64,000 nucleotides of DNA from Paramecium tetraurelia (Eukaryota). Shown piece after piece: positions 1 to 12,400 of the stretch. The stretch is taken from assembly GCA_000165425.1 (NCBI GenBank), contig CT868012.1:1-64000 (forward strand), written 5' to 3'. The notes below the pieces were generated by a model. It was not told the origin of the DNA, ran no database searches, and saw only the letters and a list, made by a program, of their open reading frames with translations. Position 1 is the first letter of the stretch, and every line of letters begins with the position of its first letter. The translations under genes were made by a program, and so were the position numbers.

Positions 1-306
1 GGCTGGAAGCCCAACCCCAACCCCAAACCCAACCCCAAACCCAACCCCAAATTCAACCCCAAACCCAACCCCAACCCCAAACCCAACCCCAAATTTAAAC
101 CCAACCCCAACCCCAACCCCAACCCCAAACCCAACCCCAACCCCAAACCCAACCCCAACCCCGAACCCAAACCCTAACCCGACCCCAACCCCAAACCGGA
201 CCCCAACCCCGAACCGAATTCTGAAGCGGAACCGGGAACCTGAAGCTGTAGAAGAGCACGTGTTCGAGGAACCGAGTGAGGGGGTAGGGAAAGTGGGGAA
301 GAGCAT
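1..306 (-). CDS. Possible 5' part of a Gly-rich repeat protein ([16 protein letters not shown]...Gly-X repeats) running off the window
   Basis: ATG at 306 in an AT-rich Paramecium-type context (ataataataATG). The frame is open to base 1. It is divergent from the ATG at 345. Confidence 0.35.
   Translation of the reverse strand, partial: MLFPTFPTPSLGSSNTCSSTASGSRFRFRIRFGVGVRFGVGVGLGFGFGVGVGFGVGVGFGVGVGVGVGFKFGVGFGVGVGFGVEFGVGFGVGFGVGVGLPA
10..215. repeat. Telomere-like (C/A)CCCAA hexamer tandem repeat, degenerating toward its 3' end
   Basis: Mixed CCCCAA/ACCCAA units with strict 6-nt period and variants (ATTCAA, ATTTAA, CCCGAA, CCGGAC). It is preceded by 9 non-repeat bases. Telomere versus coding repeat is unresolved (see findings). 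Confidence 0.85.
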
Positions 307-344
307 TATTATTATTATTATAAATTAGATTTGTTATTGAAGTT

Positions 345-1300
345 ATGGATATTGGTTGTTGGAGGTTTAGAGGCATTCTACTCATGCTAGTTCTTATCAA
401 TTCGAACTGGAGTTACTTTGGCTGGCTTTTTGGTTTCTTAATATGGTTCAAAACACATAAAACTAGGTTTTACAAATTTTTGTGCTTACTTTTTGTAAAT
501 AATTTTCTATTAAATATATATTTAAACACTTAAATGTAAAAAAGAGATTCAATGGAGAAAATTTCAAACAACTACTATTTACTTGGAGTGACCTTTTTAT
601 AGGTGGCTCCGTATGGGAGTTTTACTTAACATTAATAAATCCTTACTCACCAGCATATACCCAAATCATACAAATACTTTGGATTCCCTTATATATATTT
701 TATGATGGTTATATGGTCAATAGTCAAATGCATAAAGAGTGATCCTGGCTATGTATTGTCTAAATAAAATTTAGGTTCGCATTTTTTATGGAGTTTTATT
801 GGACGATTACAAATAAAAGAAAAGACATTATTGCTTAATTTTTTTTTTGCCATGTTTTAAACCTGAAAGATTTCACAATTGCAAAATGTAACTATATTAT
901 AAAAAATTCAAAAGATGTTGAAGATGTGTTTTAAATTTGGACTATCATTGTCCATTGATTGGAAATTGCGTGGGATACAAAAATCGCAAGTTTTTATTTT
1001 GTTTCTTTCCTAGATAAATTTAACAGTCTTATTAGGATTTGGAATTATCTCCTTCTAAGTTTATCCAAAAATTATGGATCTTGTCTTTGTAGATTGGAGA
1101 CTTCTAAAAGTTTGATTCAGTTTGAAATTCTTCCTCATTATTCGTTGTTTTAGGCTTATGCTGGAGGTACGGATAACTTTGGGTACTTCATAAAGGCAAT
1201 AAATATGTTGATTGAATAATTTAACTTATTGAAAATACATCCGAACTCAGGATTTAGGATTTTCAAATTTTAACTTCATATAATATGAAGATATGACAAT
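345..1300 (+). pseudogene. Disrupted DHHC-type palmitoyltransferase
   Basis: SDPG motif, KPERFHNCK, then C*RCVLNLDYHCPLIGNCVGYKNRKF. There is an in-frame TGA at 919-921, DHHC reads DYHC (940-951), and there are apparent frameshifts. 3' end approximate. Confidence 0.7.
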
Positions 1301-2502
1301 GAGAAAGCTTAAAAGTCTTAATTATTATAAAATGCCTTTATTTATTTCTTTCAAAATTAGGTTTGACTCTATTAAATATAGATTAGATCAATTCAATCCA
1401 TTTTATTTCAGAGAATGAATCAAATCTTTTTAAATTAGCTTGTCTTTGCATATATTTAGATATTTTCTACAAAGTTGCATAAGGATGTCTTTTGCTTTTT
1501 AGAAATTCATGCAGTTCTCAAATAATATTTTTATTTCCCAAAACTGAGAAATAGATAAAATTTATTAGCTAGAAATGATATCCAAAATAATATTCTAAGA
1601 TTTTTATTTTATTATTTAATAATACTGATTCAAGTTCATATTTTCAAAAATAAAAATTTTATTGAAGTGTTAAAACAAAATATTTAGAAATATAAATCGA
1701 AAGGTGAAGTTCACTTTTTTATAAGGCCGAATTTATAAAATCTGATAATTAGATTTATTTGAATAAGAAATACTTATTTTGAATAAAAACATAAAATGCA
1801 AATTGCCCACACTAAGCAAATCAGGATAGTACTTTCTATAAAAGACATTAATACAATATTGACCAATACTACTCCATTTGTGTTATTTTTATGAACAGGA
1901 GGGCAAATATTTTTACAAGCAAGACAATAAAACTTTAAGTTGATCTAAACATACAAGAGAGAAAAATTTGGTCCTAGTGATGGACAGAACAAATACCATT
2001 ATAATCTTATACATTTATTTGAAGCATAAAGTACATTAAGGAGATAAGTATAATAAGATTGTATTGATAACTTTGTAATAGGATGCATTATTGAGTGCAT
2101 CTTTATTCTTTAGAAAAGTTAACATAACAAATTGAGTACATAAGAATTTTGGTAACGATTACCCATAACAAATTATTGATTATGTATATGCAGTCAAATG
2201 TTAACCATGGGCATTTAAGCGAGCTTCATCATAATACAAGAAATATAAGAATAAAAAGTCTATTGAATCGTTTTAACCTTTTATAGCATCAATCTAATTA
2301 AACATTAATCGCCGTTTTTGTAAAATCCTAATAAAGTGATGCAAGGATTATGACATGATTAAACATCTTTTAAATAATCTAGACAATATTTTTGATTGAT
2401 TGTTTGTAAATGGGCAATTTTTCACATTATAAACAGCAATTGCTACTTAAAGTTGTTCAGCTAGATTTTACCAACATAAAGAAAGTTGATATATATCACT
2501 TG

Positions 2503-2652
2503 NNNNNNNNNNNNNNNNNNNNNNNNNNNNNNNNNNNNNNNNNNNNNNNNNNNNNNNNNNNNNNNNNNNNNNNNNNNNNNNNNNNNNNNNNNNNNNNNNN
2601 NNNNNNNNNNNNNNNNNNNNNNNNNNNNNNNNNNNNNNNNNNNNNNNNNNNN
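2503..2652. other. Assembly gap (150 N)
   Basis: Run of N. Confidence 1.
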
Positions 2653-3446
2653 CAATCTTTGCTAGAAAATACAGTTGTAAAAGTGTTGGAATCAAAAATG
2701 AATTCCTAAATGAATCATTTAATGCTAAAAGAAGTTCCTACCAGTTATGAACCCTTGAATATTAATGCTGAAGACTCTAACGGAGTCAAGCTGATTAACT
2801 AAATTTTCTTGCAACATATTAGTTTTGATTGTAAAATCTCTTTGTAGAACTCAAGAACAAAATAGTTGTGCAAGTTTATTTAAGCAAGATTAGCCATTGA
2901 TAGAGCAAAGGAAACTTCAGAATAGAGTTGAATAATTGATGAGGAAGAAAGTTTTATAATATAGGAGTGCAATAATTCAAATCAAAAATTCTACCCAATT
3001 GGAGAGATTGGAACTTATACCATTTAGTAATTGGAAGTTTCCTCTTTCCGTTATTATTTTTATCTTTTCCAAGGATATTATAGTAATTGACTAACTAACC
3101 TTCTCCAAAAAAATTATAAACAAATGCTAGTAATAGACGCTATATCAGCAGTAATTTAAAATAATTTTGCAATAAAGTTAATAACCGTTAAGACCGACTT
3201 TATAAATAAAAAGAATAAATCAAATAAAATAATTTGGTTACAAAGAAACATTCTAACTAACTAATAGAACAAAGACCTATCTCATGGGCAACGCTACCTC
3301 AAAGATCCATAACAATGTGGGAGTTGATTATTTTATATTAGAATTTTCTCAAATATATATTCTTACAATTATATTATTTCTACTACTCAACTAAAGTTGC
3401 TTTATTAAAAAATTATAATAATAAATCCAAAATATATAGGAATGGT

Positions 3447-6400
3447 TCAATTCTATTTTTGTAAAAGCTATATTTCTCTTTTTAAATCATAATAGTATTC
3501 CAAAGCTTCTACTTATTTATACATATCTTCTAATGTTTATGCTGCATAAATTCATATCATCATATTTACCTTTGCTAACCTAATATTCTGAATTTTCAGG
3601 GTCTTTCTAAATCGCTTAATCGTAATATTCTAATGCTTCTTCATATCTATCCATTTTTTTTAAAGCTAGTGCTGCATAAAGGGATATAATATTATTTACC
3701 TTTTAAGATAAAATATTCGGATTTTTCAGGGTTTTTCAAAATAGCTGAATCATAATTTTCTAATGCTTCTTCATATCTATTCAGTTTTAATAGAGTACGT
3801 GCTTTATAAATTCATATATTTCTATTTTACCTTTAAAATAAAAATTTTCGGAAATTTCTGGGCTTTTCTAAATAGCTGAATCAAACTATTCTATCGCTTC
3901 TTCATATCTATCCATTTTTTCTAGAGTTCTGCCTGCAGAAATTTTCATAAAAATATTTACCTTTACCAAAATAATGTTCTGATTTTTCAGGGTTTTTCTA
4001 AATAGCCAAATCATGATATTCTAATGCTTCTTCATATCTATTCATATTTTCCAGAGTTAGTGCTGCCCAAATTCATATTATACTATCTACCTTTACAAAA
4101 ATGATATTCTGATTTTTCAGGGCTTTTCTAGATAGCAGAATCATAATATTCTAATGCTTCTTACTATCTATTCATCTTATCTAGAGTTAATCCTAAAAAA
4201 TATTCAAAATATGAGTACCTTTTCCAAAATGATATTCTGGATTTTCAGGGTTTTTTTAAATAGCCAAATCAAAATATATCAATGCTTCTTTGTATATATT
4301 CATTTCCTATAAAGCCATTGCTAGAAAGGATGAATTTTCTCTATACCTTTGTTATAAAAATATACAGACTCTTCAGGGTCTATCTAAATAGCTAAATCAA
4401 TATTTGATATTGCCTCTTAAAATCTTTCCATTTATATTAAAATTACTGCTAAAAAGTATAATTATACAATTTTACCTTTGAAATTATAAACCTCTGGCAA
4501 TTCAGAGTTTTTCTAAATAGCCATATCACAGCAATCTAATGCTTCTTATAATCTATTCATTTATAATAAAGTTGATGCTAAAATAAAATAAATGATCAAA
4601 TTACCTTTGTTAGTATATTATATGGCCATTTCAGGATTTCTCTAAATAGCTAAATCACAATAGTATAATGCTTCTTCAAATCTATTCATTTTTTGTAAAG
4701 TTTCAGCTTGAAAAGTATGAAGAGTTAATTGTACATTTGATGTAATAATTGTTCGAATTATTAGAGTCTTTTACAATAGCAAGATCACAATATTATAATG
4801 CCTCTTCATACCTATTCATTTTATTTAATGCCTCACCTACAAAATAGTTGTAATATTTACATTTGTTAGAATATATTAATGAATTTTATGGGTTATAATA
4901 AATAGCTTAGTCTAACGATTTTAATGCTTATTCAAATTGATTCATTTAAACTAAAGAAATTGCTACAAAAAAGATGAAATTAAAAAAGATACCTTTATTA
5001 TTATAACATTCAAAAATTTCAGGATTTCTCTAAATAGCCATATCCCAATATAATAAAGCTTCTTCTTATCTATTCATTTAATTTAAAGTTGATGCTAATA
5101 AGAATGTATGGCAAAATACCTTTTTAAAAATAGTTGTATGAAATTTAAGGGTTTATCTAAATAGCTAAATCACAATATTATAAAGCTTCTTCATTTCTAT
5201 TCATTTTTTATAATGCTACAGCTAAAGAAGTATATATGGTTAATAAACCTTTGTTACTAAAATAAAGTGATTCTTCAGGATTTTTCTATAGAGCTAAATC
5301 ACAAAAGTTATTTGCCTCTTCTACTCTATCCAATTGCATTAATATAATTGCTAAAAAGGATGACTATTCAAAATAAACCTTTGATATGATAATATTCTGC
5401 CATTTCAGGGTTTCTCTAAATAGCAAAATCGCTATATTCCAATGCTTCTTCAAATCTATTCATTTTTTATAAAGCATCAGCTACATGAGAATACTTGACT
5501 AATGCTACCTTTGTGATAAATATATTGCGAATTTTCAGGGTTTCTTTAAATTGCTAAATCATAATATTTTAAGGATTCTTCAAATCTACCCATCTTTTTT
5601 AATATTTCAGCTATAGAAATTAAATGGTATATTATACCCTTGTTGTTAAAAAAAAGTGGTTCTTCAGAATTTTTAAATATAGCTAAATCAAAAAATTTCA
5701 ATGCCTCTTCCAATCTATCCATTTCAGCTAACGTAATTGCTAAATAGTATGACTGCTAAAAATATACCTTTGCTATTATAATATTCTGGGTTATCAGGAT
5801 TTTTTTCAATAGCCTAGTCAAAATACTATGATGCTTCCTCAAATCTCTTCATTTTATATAAAACATCAGCTACATAAAATCTTGACTAATTCTACCTTTT
5901 ATATAAAAGTAGAATGATTCTTTCGGGTTTTTCTAAATAGCCTAATCACAATATTTTAATGCTTCTCCTAGTCTATTCATATGCGTTAAAGTAATTGCTA
6001 AAAAGGATGATTGTTCAGCCATACCTTTGTAATTGTAATAATCTGGTATTTCAGAATTTATCTAAATAGCTAAATCCTATGATTATAGTGCTTCCTCGAG
6101 TCTTCTCATCTCAACTAAAGCAAGGGCTAATAAAGATGAATAACCTAATATACCTTTGGTTAAATAATGTCCTGAATTTTACGGATCCTTAGAGATACAT
6201 AAATCGCAATGTTTTATTGCATCTCTAAATCTATCCATAAACAGTAAAGTTTAAGCTAAAGGAATGTATGTTCAAATACTTTTCTCATTATAATATTCTA
6301 GAATTTCAGGATTTATCTCAATTGCTAACTCGTAATATTTAATTGCTTGCTCAAACTATTATAATCTCCTTAAAGCAGAAGCTAAGAAGGTTGAATGTTC

Positions 6401-6780
6401 AACATACCTTTGTTAAAATAATATAGTGAATTTTTGGGATTACTCCAAATAGCTAAATCATAAAATTATAATGCTTCTTTATATTTATTATTATCAACTA
6501 GTTTATTTGCTTTTCGAAATATTCGTTTAAATATACCTTACATATTGTAATCTTAATGTTCTTGCCTTTAGATTGTGTCTTCTTATTTAAAATTGAAATA
6601 ATATATATCAATTGCTGCAAAATGTAAAATGTAACCATACCTTTCTAAAAATTATGTTCTTCGATTCCATCATTTAATAATCCATCTATTTTATATTTTT
6701 CTACTTAAATATCTGAACACAAACTTAATTACTTTTTCAAGTTTACTTATTTCTTCAATTCAACTTTTTGCGATTGATTA
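3447..6780 (-). CDS. Tetratricopeptide repeat protein, about 23-24 TPRs, one repeat per exon
   Basis: Each exon translates to a 34-aa unit such as ALALKKMDRYEEALEYYDQAIQKDPENSEYQVSK. Stop TGA at 3447-3449. The 5' end is not cleanly resolved (all three frames are blocked near 6760-6800). Confidence 0.92.
3542..6536 (-). repeat. Tandem array of [102-nt exon + 24-30-nt intron] units, period about 126-132 bp
   Basis: 23 consecutive exons of 102 nt from 3570-3671 to 6408-6509, all separated by phase-1 GT..AG introns. Confidence 0.95.
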
Positions 6781-9218
6781 ATTTTAATTCTTCATCTCAA
6801 TTATAAAATGGTTTTACTTTTTTTTTTTCACTTTATTTTGTTAAAATTTAGCACTATATAACATCCTTAGAGCATTTTATTATATAATTAATAATTAATG
6901 GGTGTTAAACCTCCTAAATTAACAAAAAATATTCTCATAAGCTGGATACTATCATTATTCATTTACCTATCATTTAGTTGAAGTTATTTTCACCAAAATG
7001 TATCATTAATTTTATTACTTTACAAAATATTATTGTAATTAATTATTTTATAAAATGAAACTAACTAAGGAATATTAATTGTTGAATTGTAATTACAAAA
7101 TTAACCATCCTATCTCCCCTATGAATGATCTGAAATAAACTTGAATTTTTAAAGATAAAATTTAATAAATTTAGAATGGTGCTCGGCATTGAAAATTGTA
7201 ATTATGAACACAAATAACAAAATCGTGGAATATTCATTTAGTTTTAGATGACCTTTATTGTGCACCTTAGTAGTGTTGTAAGTTACGACTAAAATGCTTA
7301 ATACTTATTCTCTTTAACACTCAGATAACATCAATTTTGTCCTATAACAATACCACATTCCTTATAATTTATAAAAGTAAGCTTTCAACCCAAATTCAGA
7401 ACTACTTTGCTATCAAATTGCCAAAAGTCAAACTCACAGACTATATGATATTCACTTCAACTTAAATAAATATCTCAAATCTGCTCAAATCTGAACTACT
7501 ATAATAAAATTCTGAAATGAATAACATTTTTATTGATCTAAGTGTTTTAATTTTATTATTGGAAGCTAAAACTTCATCTTTGGCAATCCTTCATAAGGCT
7601 TCATATCGTTTATTTTATTCGATTGTTTTGACTCATTATTTACACTATTATAATATACGAAAAGATCTAAACCTTTGTTTCATAAATTTGTAATCTTCCA
7701 TATTTTAACCATTGAAATTTTTGACTTATTGTTCTCGTTTCATAGTGTCTGCAAAAATTATTATTGTTAAATATGGAAAAAGATGAGACAATAAATATTA
7801 CTAAACTGAATTCAAATGATTGTAATTACACTAGGAATTACATGTTTAATGTTATTACATTGTTATCAGAACATTTTAATAAATTGAGTAACTCATATGT
7901 CAGGCAATTTAATTGTTAGTATCTATAATCTTATATTCACACAATAAATTAGAGTTAATAACCATTATCAGATGAGGATTAACATTTAAATAACTTAATT
8001 GAAAATATTAATAACCTTGCATAAATATTTCAACTAATCATTTCATTTATTTTAAATTAATAATAAAAATTAATCAACATTCTGAAAAATTTATTCTAAT
8101 TCAATTCGAAAATATTTGTTATTTTAATCCAATTATTTACAAAGTTGATTAATTTTGATTTCTTAAATAAATCATTTTTTCATATGTTATTCCTTTTAGT
8201 CGATAATTCACAATATTAACTGATGTTAATTTTGTGAATTATCGATTGAATACCCTAAGATTATACATTGGATGGATTTCATCCTTATTTCAGAATAGAA
8301 TTTGAGAAAGAATCAAATATAATAATAATGTTTTCAGAGAATAATATAATTTGCTTATTACCTATTTTTTGTGATGTTTAGATGCTGAGGATTTTCTGCC
8401 AGAATTTAAAAAAAATAAAGCAGATATAAATAATTCACCTAAGTCAAGGGCCAAAAAGTGGTTGAATTTAGAAAATATTTTGGCTTTGCTATTTAAGTTC
8501 TATTTAGATGGTATTGAAAAATTTGTTTAGGTTACTCTAAGTATTGAAATCTTAAATGATATTAAAAAAAGTTTATTCAAAAGATATATCAATTAAATTG
8601 CATTCATTCTTAAACTATATTAAAATTCATAATCTTGTAAATAATATATTAAGTCGAAACTTAATTTTTTTCTAGTGAATGTAAACAACAATTATAGGCT
8701 ACCATGTGAGTTATGATATCTACTCAGTATTAACATTGATGAGGAAAACATCAAAGCAGCTACAAGCAGTATCCTTTGATTTATATGCTTTTTAAGCACT
8801 CTCCAAACATAAGGCTCACTCACAAAAATTACAATACCTTGTATAATTTTAATGCAGGATAAATTTAACATCAGCACAACCTTTTTGCATATTCATTTGC
8901 TCATTGTTTAGTTATATGAGCTCTTAAATTAATAGAAGAGAATTTAAACAAAACAAAAATTTATTAAAGGAGTAAACTATATGCTGTAAATATTTCCTGT
9001 CAAGACATTGATAAGTAATTGTTCCCAATTCATAATTTTAGCCTCTAAAATTCATTTTGAGATATTTATGAATATGTATTATTCATTTGAGGAGCTTCAT
9101 TTGTTAACCATTCAGCTATCCCAATCTGTTGCAAGAATAAATTACAATTTTAGGATCACATAAAATAAAATTTGATCAGGTTAAAATTATTTTAGAACTA
9201 TAAAATACTTAAATCTTT

Positions 9219-9368
9219 NNNNNNNNNNNNNNNNNNNNNNNNNNNNNNNNNNNNNNNNNNNNNNNNNNNNNNNNNNNNNNNNNNNNNNNNNNNNNNNNNN
9301 NNNNNNNNNNNNNNNNNNNNNNNNNNNNNNNNNNNNNNNNNNNNNNNNNNNNNNNNNNNNNNNNNNNN
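9219..9368. other. Assembly gap (150 N)
   Basis: Run of N. About 28 bp is duplicated on the two flanks. Confidence 1.
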
Positions 9369-9443
9369 TTTTAGAACTATAAAATACTAAAATCTTTAAT
9401 AAATATTGTAATTTCTAATAATTTAATGTTATTTTTTAAATAA

Positions 9444-12400
9444 TCATGCTAATGTAAATTCTTCTGACCCTTCTGTTATAGCAATTTCTAATTTGGCAGC
9501 TAAGATTTATTCTTATGAATAAGGAGGCAGTTCTAATTAATTTGAACTATTATAAGTAAATCTATTTTATACCATGTGTGTCCTACAGGTAATAATTAAT
9601 CGGTCATATTGAAGTCACAATTAAACCTTCTAATTTGAATCTTTTTTTCTTAATTCTAAAATCCTCCTATTGGTGCCAACGGTAAGGCTAAAAATTAATT
9701 TTTCTTTACATGTTGCGAATTTTAAAAACTTTGCTAACAAATCTTAGCTGAAATTCTTCAATGTATTTTATAACCATATAATCACCTAATCTTGGGGAGC
9801 ATAATCAACGTATTAAAGATTGCTTATAAGATCGTCAACTAAGAATATATATATTTAACTATTACCATCTATGTAAGTTTAACCACATAACAATTATTCT
9901 AGTTAAATTGAATCAAAAATACTAATGTATTATCTCGGTATTACAGAATAAAACCCTTCTAAAAAGGCTTTCATCTAATTTTCAACGTTTTTTGCCATGA
10001 TTTAATCGCAATACATTTTTATGAATTCTTTTTTATTTTACTAAGTGACAAGTATATCTCCTCCTCCTTATTTAAGCTCTAGATCTTCAGGTATCCCATT
10101 ATTAACTATTGTATATAAGAAATACTATTCAAAATCAGCGTTACTCTTACTATAATAGAGAGAATAGAATTATTGATATAACCCTTCATCATGATATGAT
10201 ATATCAAATATAGATAATTTTTAACCTATAATGTGTTTAAAGAAAGAGATTGGAAACCGTCCAAATACCTTAACACCATTGGCGGTAGCTATTGCGAAAA
10301 TCATTCCAACGAATTTAAATTTTTTCAGATGATCAGGATCTTGATAGGATTCCCTATTAATTTAATAAAACAATTTATTTGAAGTAGGAACAAATAGTTT
10401 ATTATTTGGATCTACTATTTATTTCGTGAGTAATTACATCCACTCCTTCGATAAACCTCCCATATCGATACCTTATTCTCCCTCAAATTGTACAATTACT
10501 TGTCTTAATAATTAAGGATCACAACTATTAATCTTATTATAAGAATCCTCGAAAACATGGGTTCTTCTTACTGAAATTCGTTTGAATTATGTTTTTCTTA
10601 TCTTTAAATGGAAATATAATTTCTTATTTTCAAAATCAATAATTTTAGAATGATTTTTGAGGAAATAATCCACATAAAGGTTCTAAAATTCAAAATCATG
10701 TTAGTTTTGAGTAGGTTATTGACGTCTCACCATTTATCGATTCATTTAATTAAGTTTTTGTTCTATTATATAATTGATAAAAATTTTGCCCTTTTTACAG
10801 ATTTCTCTTGATAAACTTTCAAAGTCAACATCTCTAATTTCTAAGGAACCTGAAAAAGAATTGGAAACCTCCATAGAAGCTAATTTAGTTAAAAAAATCA
10901 ATTATTGAGAGTTATTTGGATTGAGAATTTAATTGGATATCACTAAGATACTGAATATGGGTGCTAAGGCTGGGTAATATTTTTGAACTTATTCCTTTGG
11001 TAAAATGGATATAACATTTTCAGTAAGCTTCATTAAGTTCTCAACTTTAATTGAGTTCAAAAATATCTCGCAACTATTTTATTCCTCTGCACCTTGCTTG
11101 TAAGCAATATGAAGCAGTTAAAATATTTTTTCTACTTCATTTATTTTGTCAAAGGATGAGTCACTTGTATTTCTATTTTCGAATTGAATCTAATAATATT
11201 CTGTAGTATTTCCAACTACATCTTCCATACGTTTAAAAAACAGATTTCTGTTCTAAGGAACACCCAAAAGTTTCGATATCAAATTTATATAATTGTTACT
11301 GAACTCTAAATCCTTCTCTTTTAGCATATTATTGAAAAGAGTGTTAATTTATTATTAACTTAATTCTACAATCGGTAGTTTTTCTTATTTACACATAAAT
11401 TATATAAGTAGATTCAACTATTCGCCTTAGAACAATTCTATTAAGCTTATCACATCTTTAAAATTATTGGCTGATAAATTGCATTTTTACAATTTTTATA
11501 AATCAATCATCAGCTCTAAGATTCTTTTTTTCACTAAATCTAAATTTTGAGTCATTTATTTTAATATCTGAATGAAATCATCAATCATTTAATTTGTAAT
11601 GTTCATTTTAGTCACTACACTTTTAAAAAAATTATTGACATTGTTTAAATTAGCCTCAACATCTTATCTATATAGAAGCTTTAACAAAAATTGAATGAAT
11701 TAATAGTCTAGTTTTCCTAAATTATTTAAAGTATATCTTCTGTTATTCAAGATACAAATGATATTTTAAAGTGTCCTATTCTAATTAATTTATTATAATT
11801 AGTTTTATTATTAAAATGGACGGATTAAAGATTAATAATCTCTGTCATCTTCATCTTCATCAAGGTCATTGTCATTAGGAAAAATATCAGCATAATCATT
11901 ATCAACATTTCTTTCAATATTCTCATTCATGAGCCTTACATTATTATTTTATAGATTCAATTAATCTCTTTACAAAATATGATTTTAAGGCAGGGGTCTG
12001 CCTAAAACTTGGATAATAGTATTATTTCTTTGTCTCATGGGATTTCTAAACCTAATGCCATCCTCTAATGATACTCTCTATTAATTATACTAACTTAAAA
12101 TAATCTGAGGGGAATCTTATATAAGAAATTCTCGAAGCTTTATCAAATGGTGTTAAAACTATTTTGGTAAGCGTAATTAATTGAAAATTATAGTGAATTA
12201 GAAATTAATCTCAATTTCATTATTTATGAAAGCATTCACAAAATTGTCTAAAACTTTATCATTTTCTAAATTTTTATCAGCTTCTTAATTTGCTTGCTGT
12301 CCAAACTCATCAATAAATTAATTTTCTTCATGTTCCAATTCTAATGCACTGATTTCTTGGGACTCCGAGCTTTCTTCGATTAAGTGTAATTGATCATTTG

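Noticed and set aside
249..265. Partial resemblance to an Illumina adapter (GAAGAGCAC)
   Set aside because: The match is too short and diverges on both sides.
3542..6536. Regular ~129-bp periodicity resembling a CRISPR array or satellite
   Set aside because: The conserved parts are TPR-coding exons and the spacers are GT..AG introns. The context is eukaryotic and there are no cas genes.
9190..9397. About 28-bp direct repeat (tttagaactataaaatact(t/a)aaatcttt) flanking the N gap, resembling a target-site duplication
   Set aside because: It directly abuts both sides of a fixed-length 150-N gap and is most simply an unmerged contig overlap.
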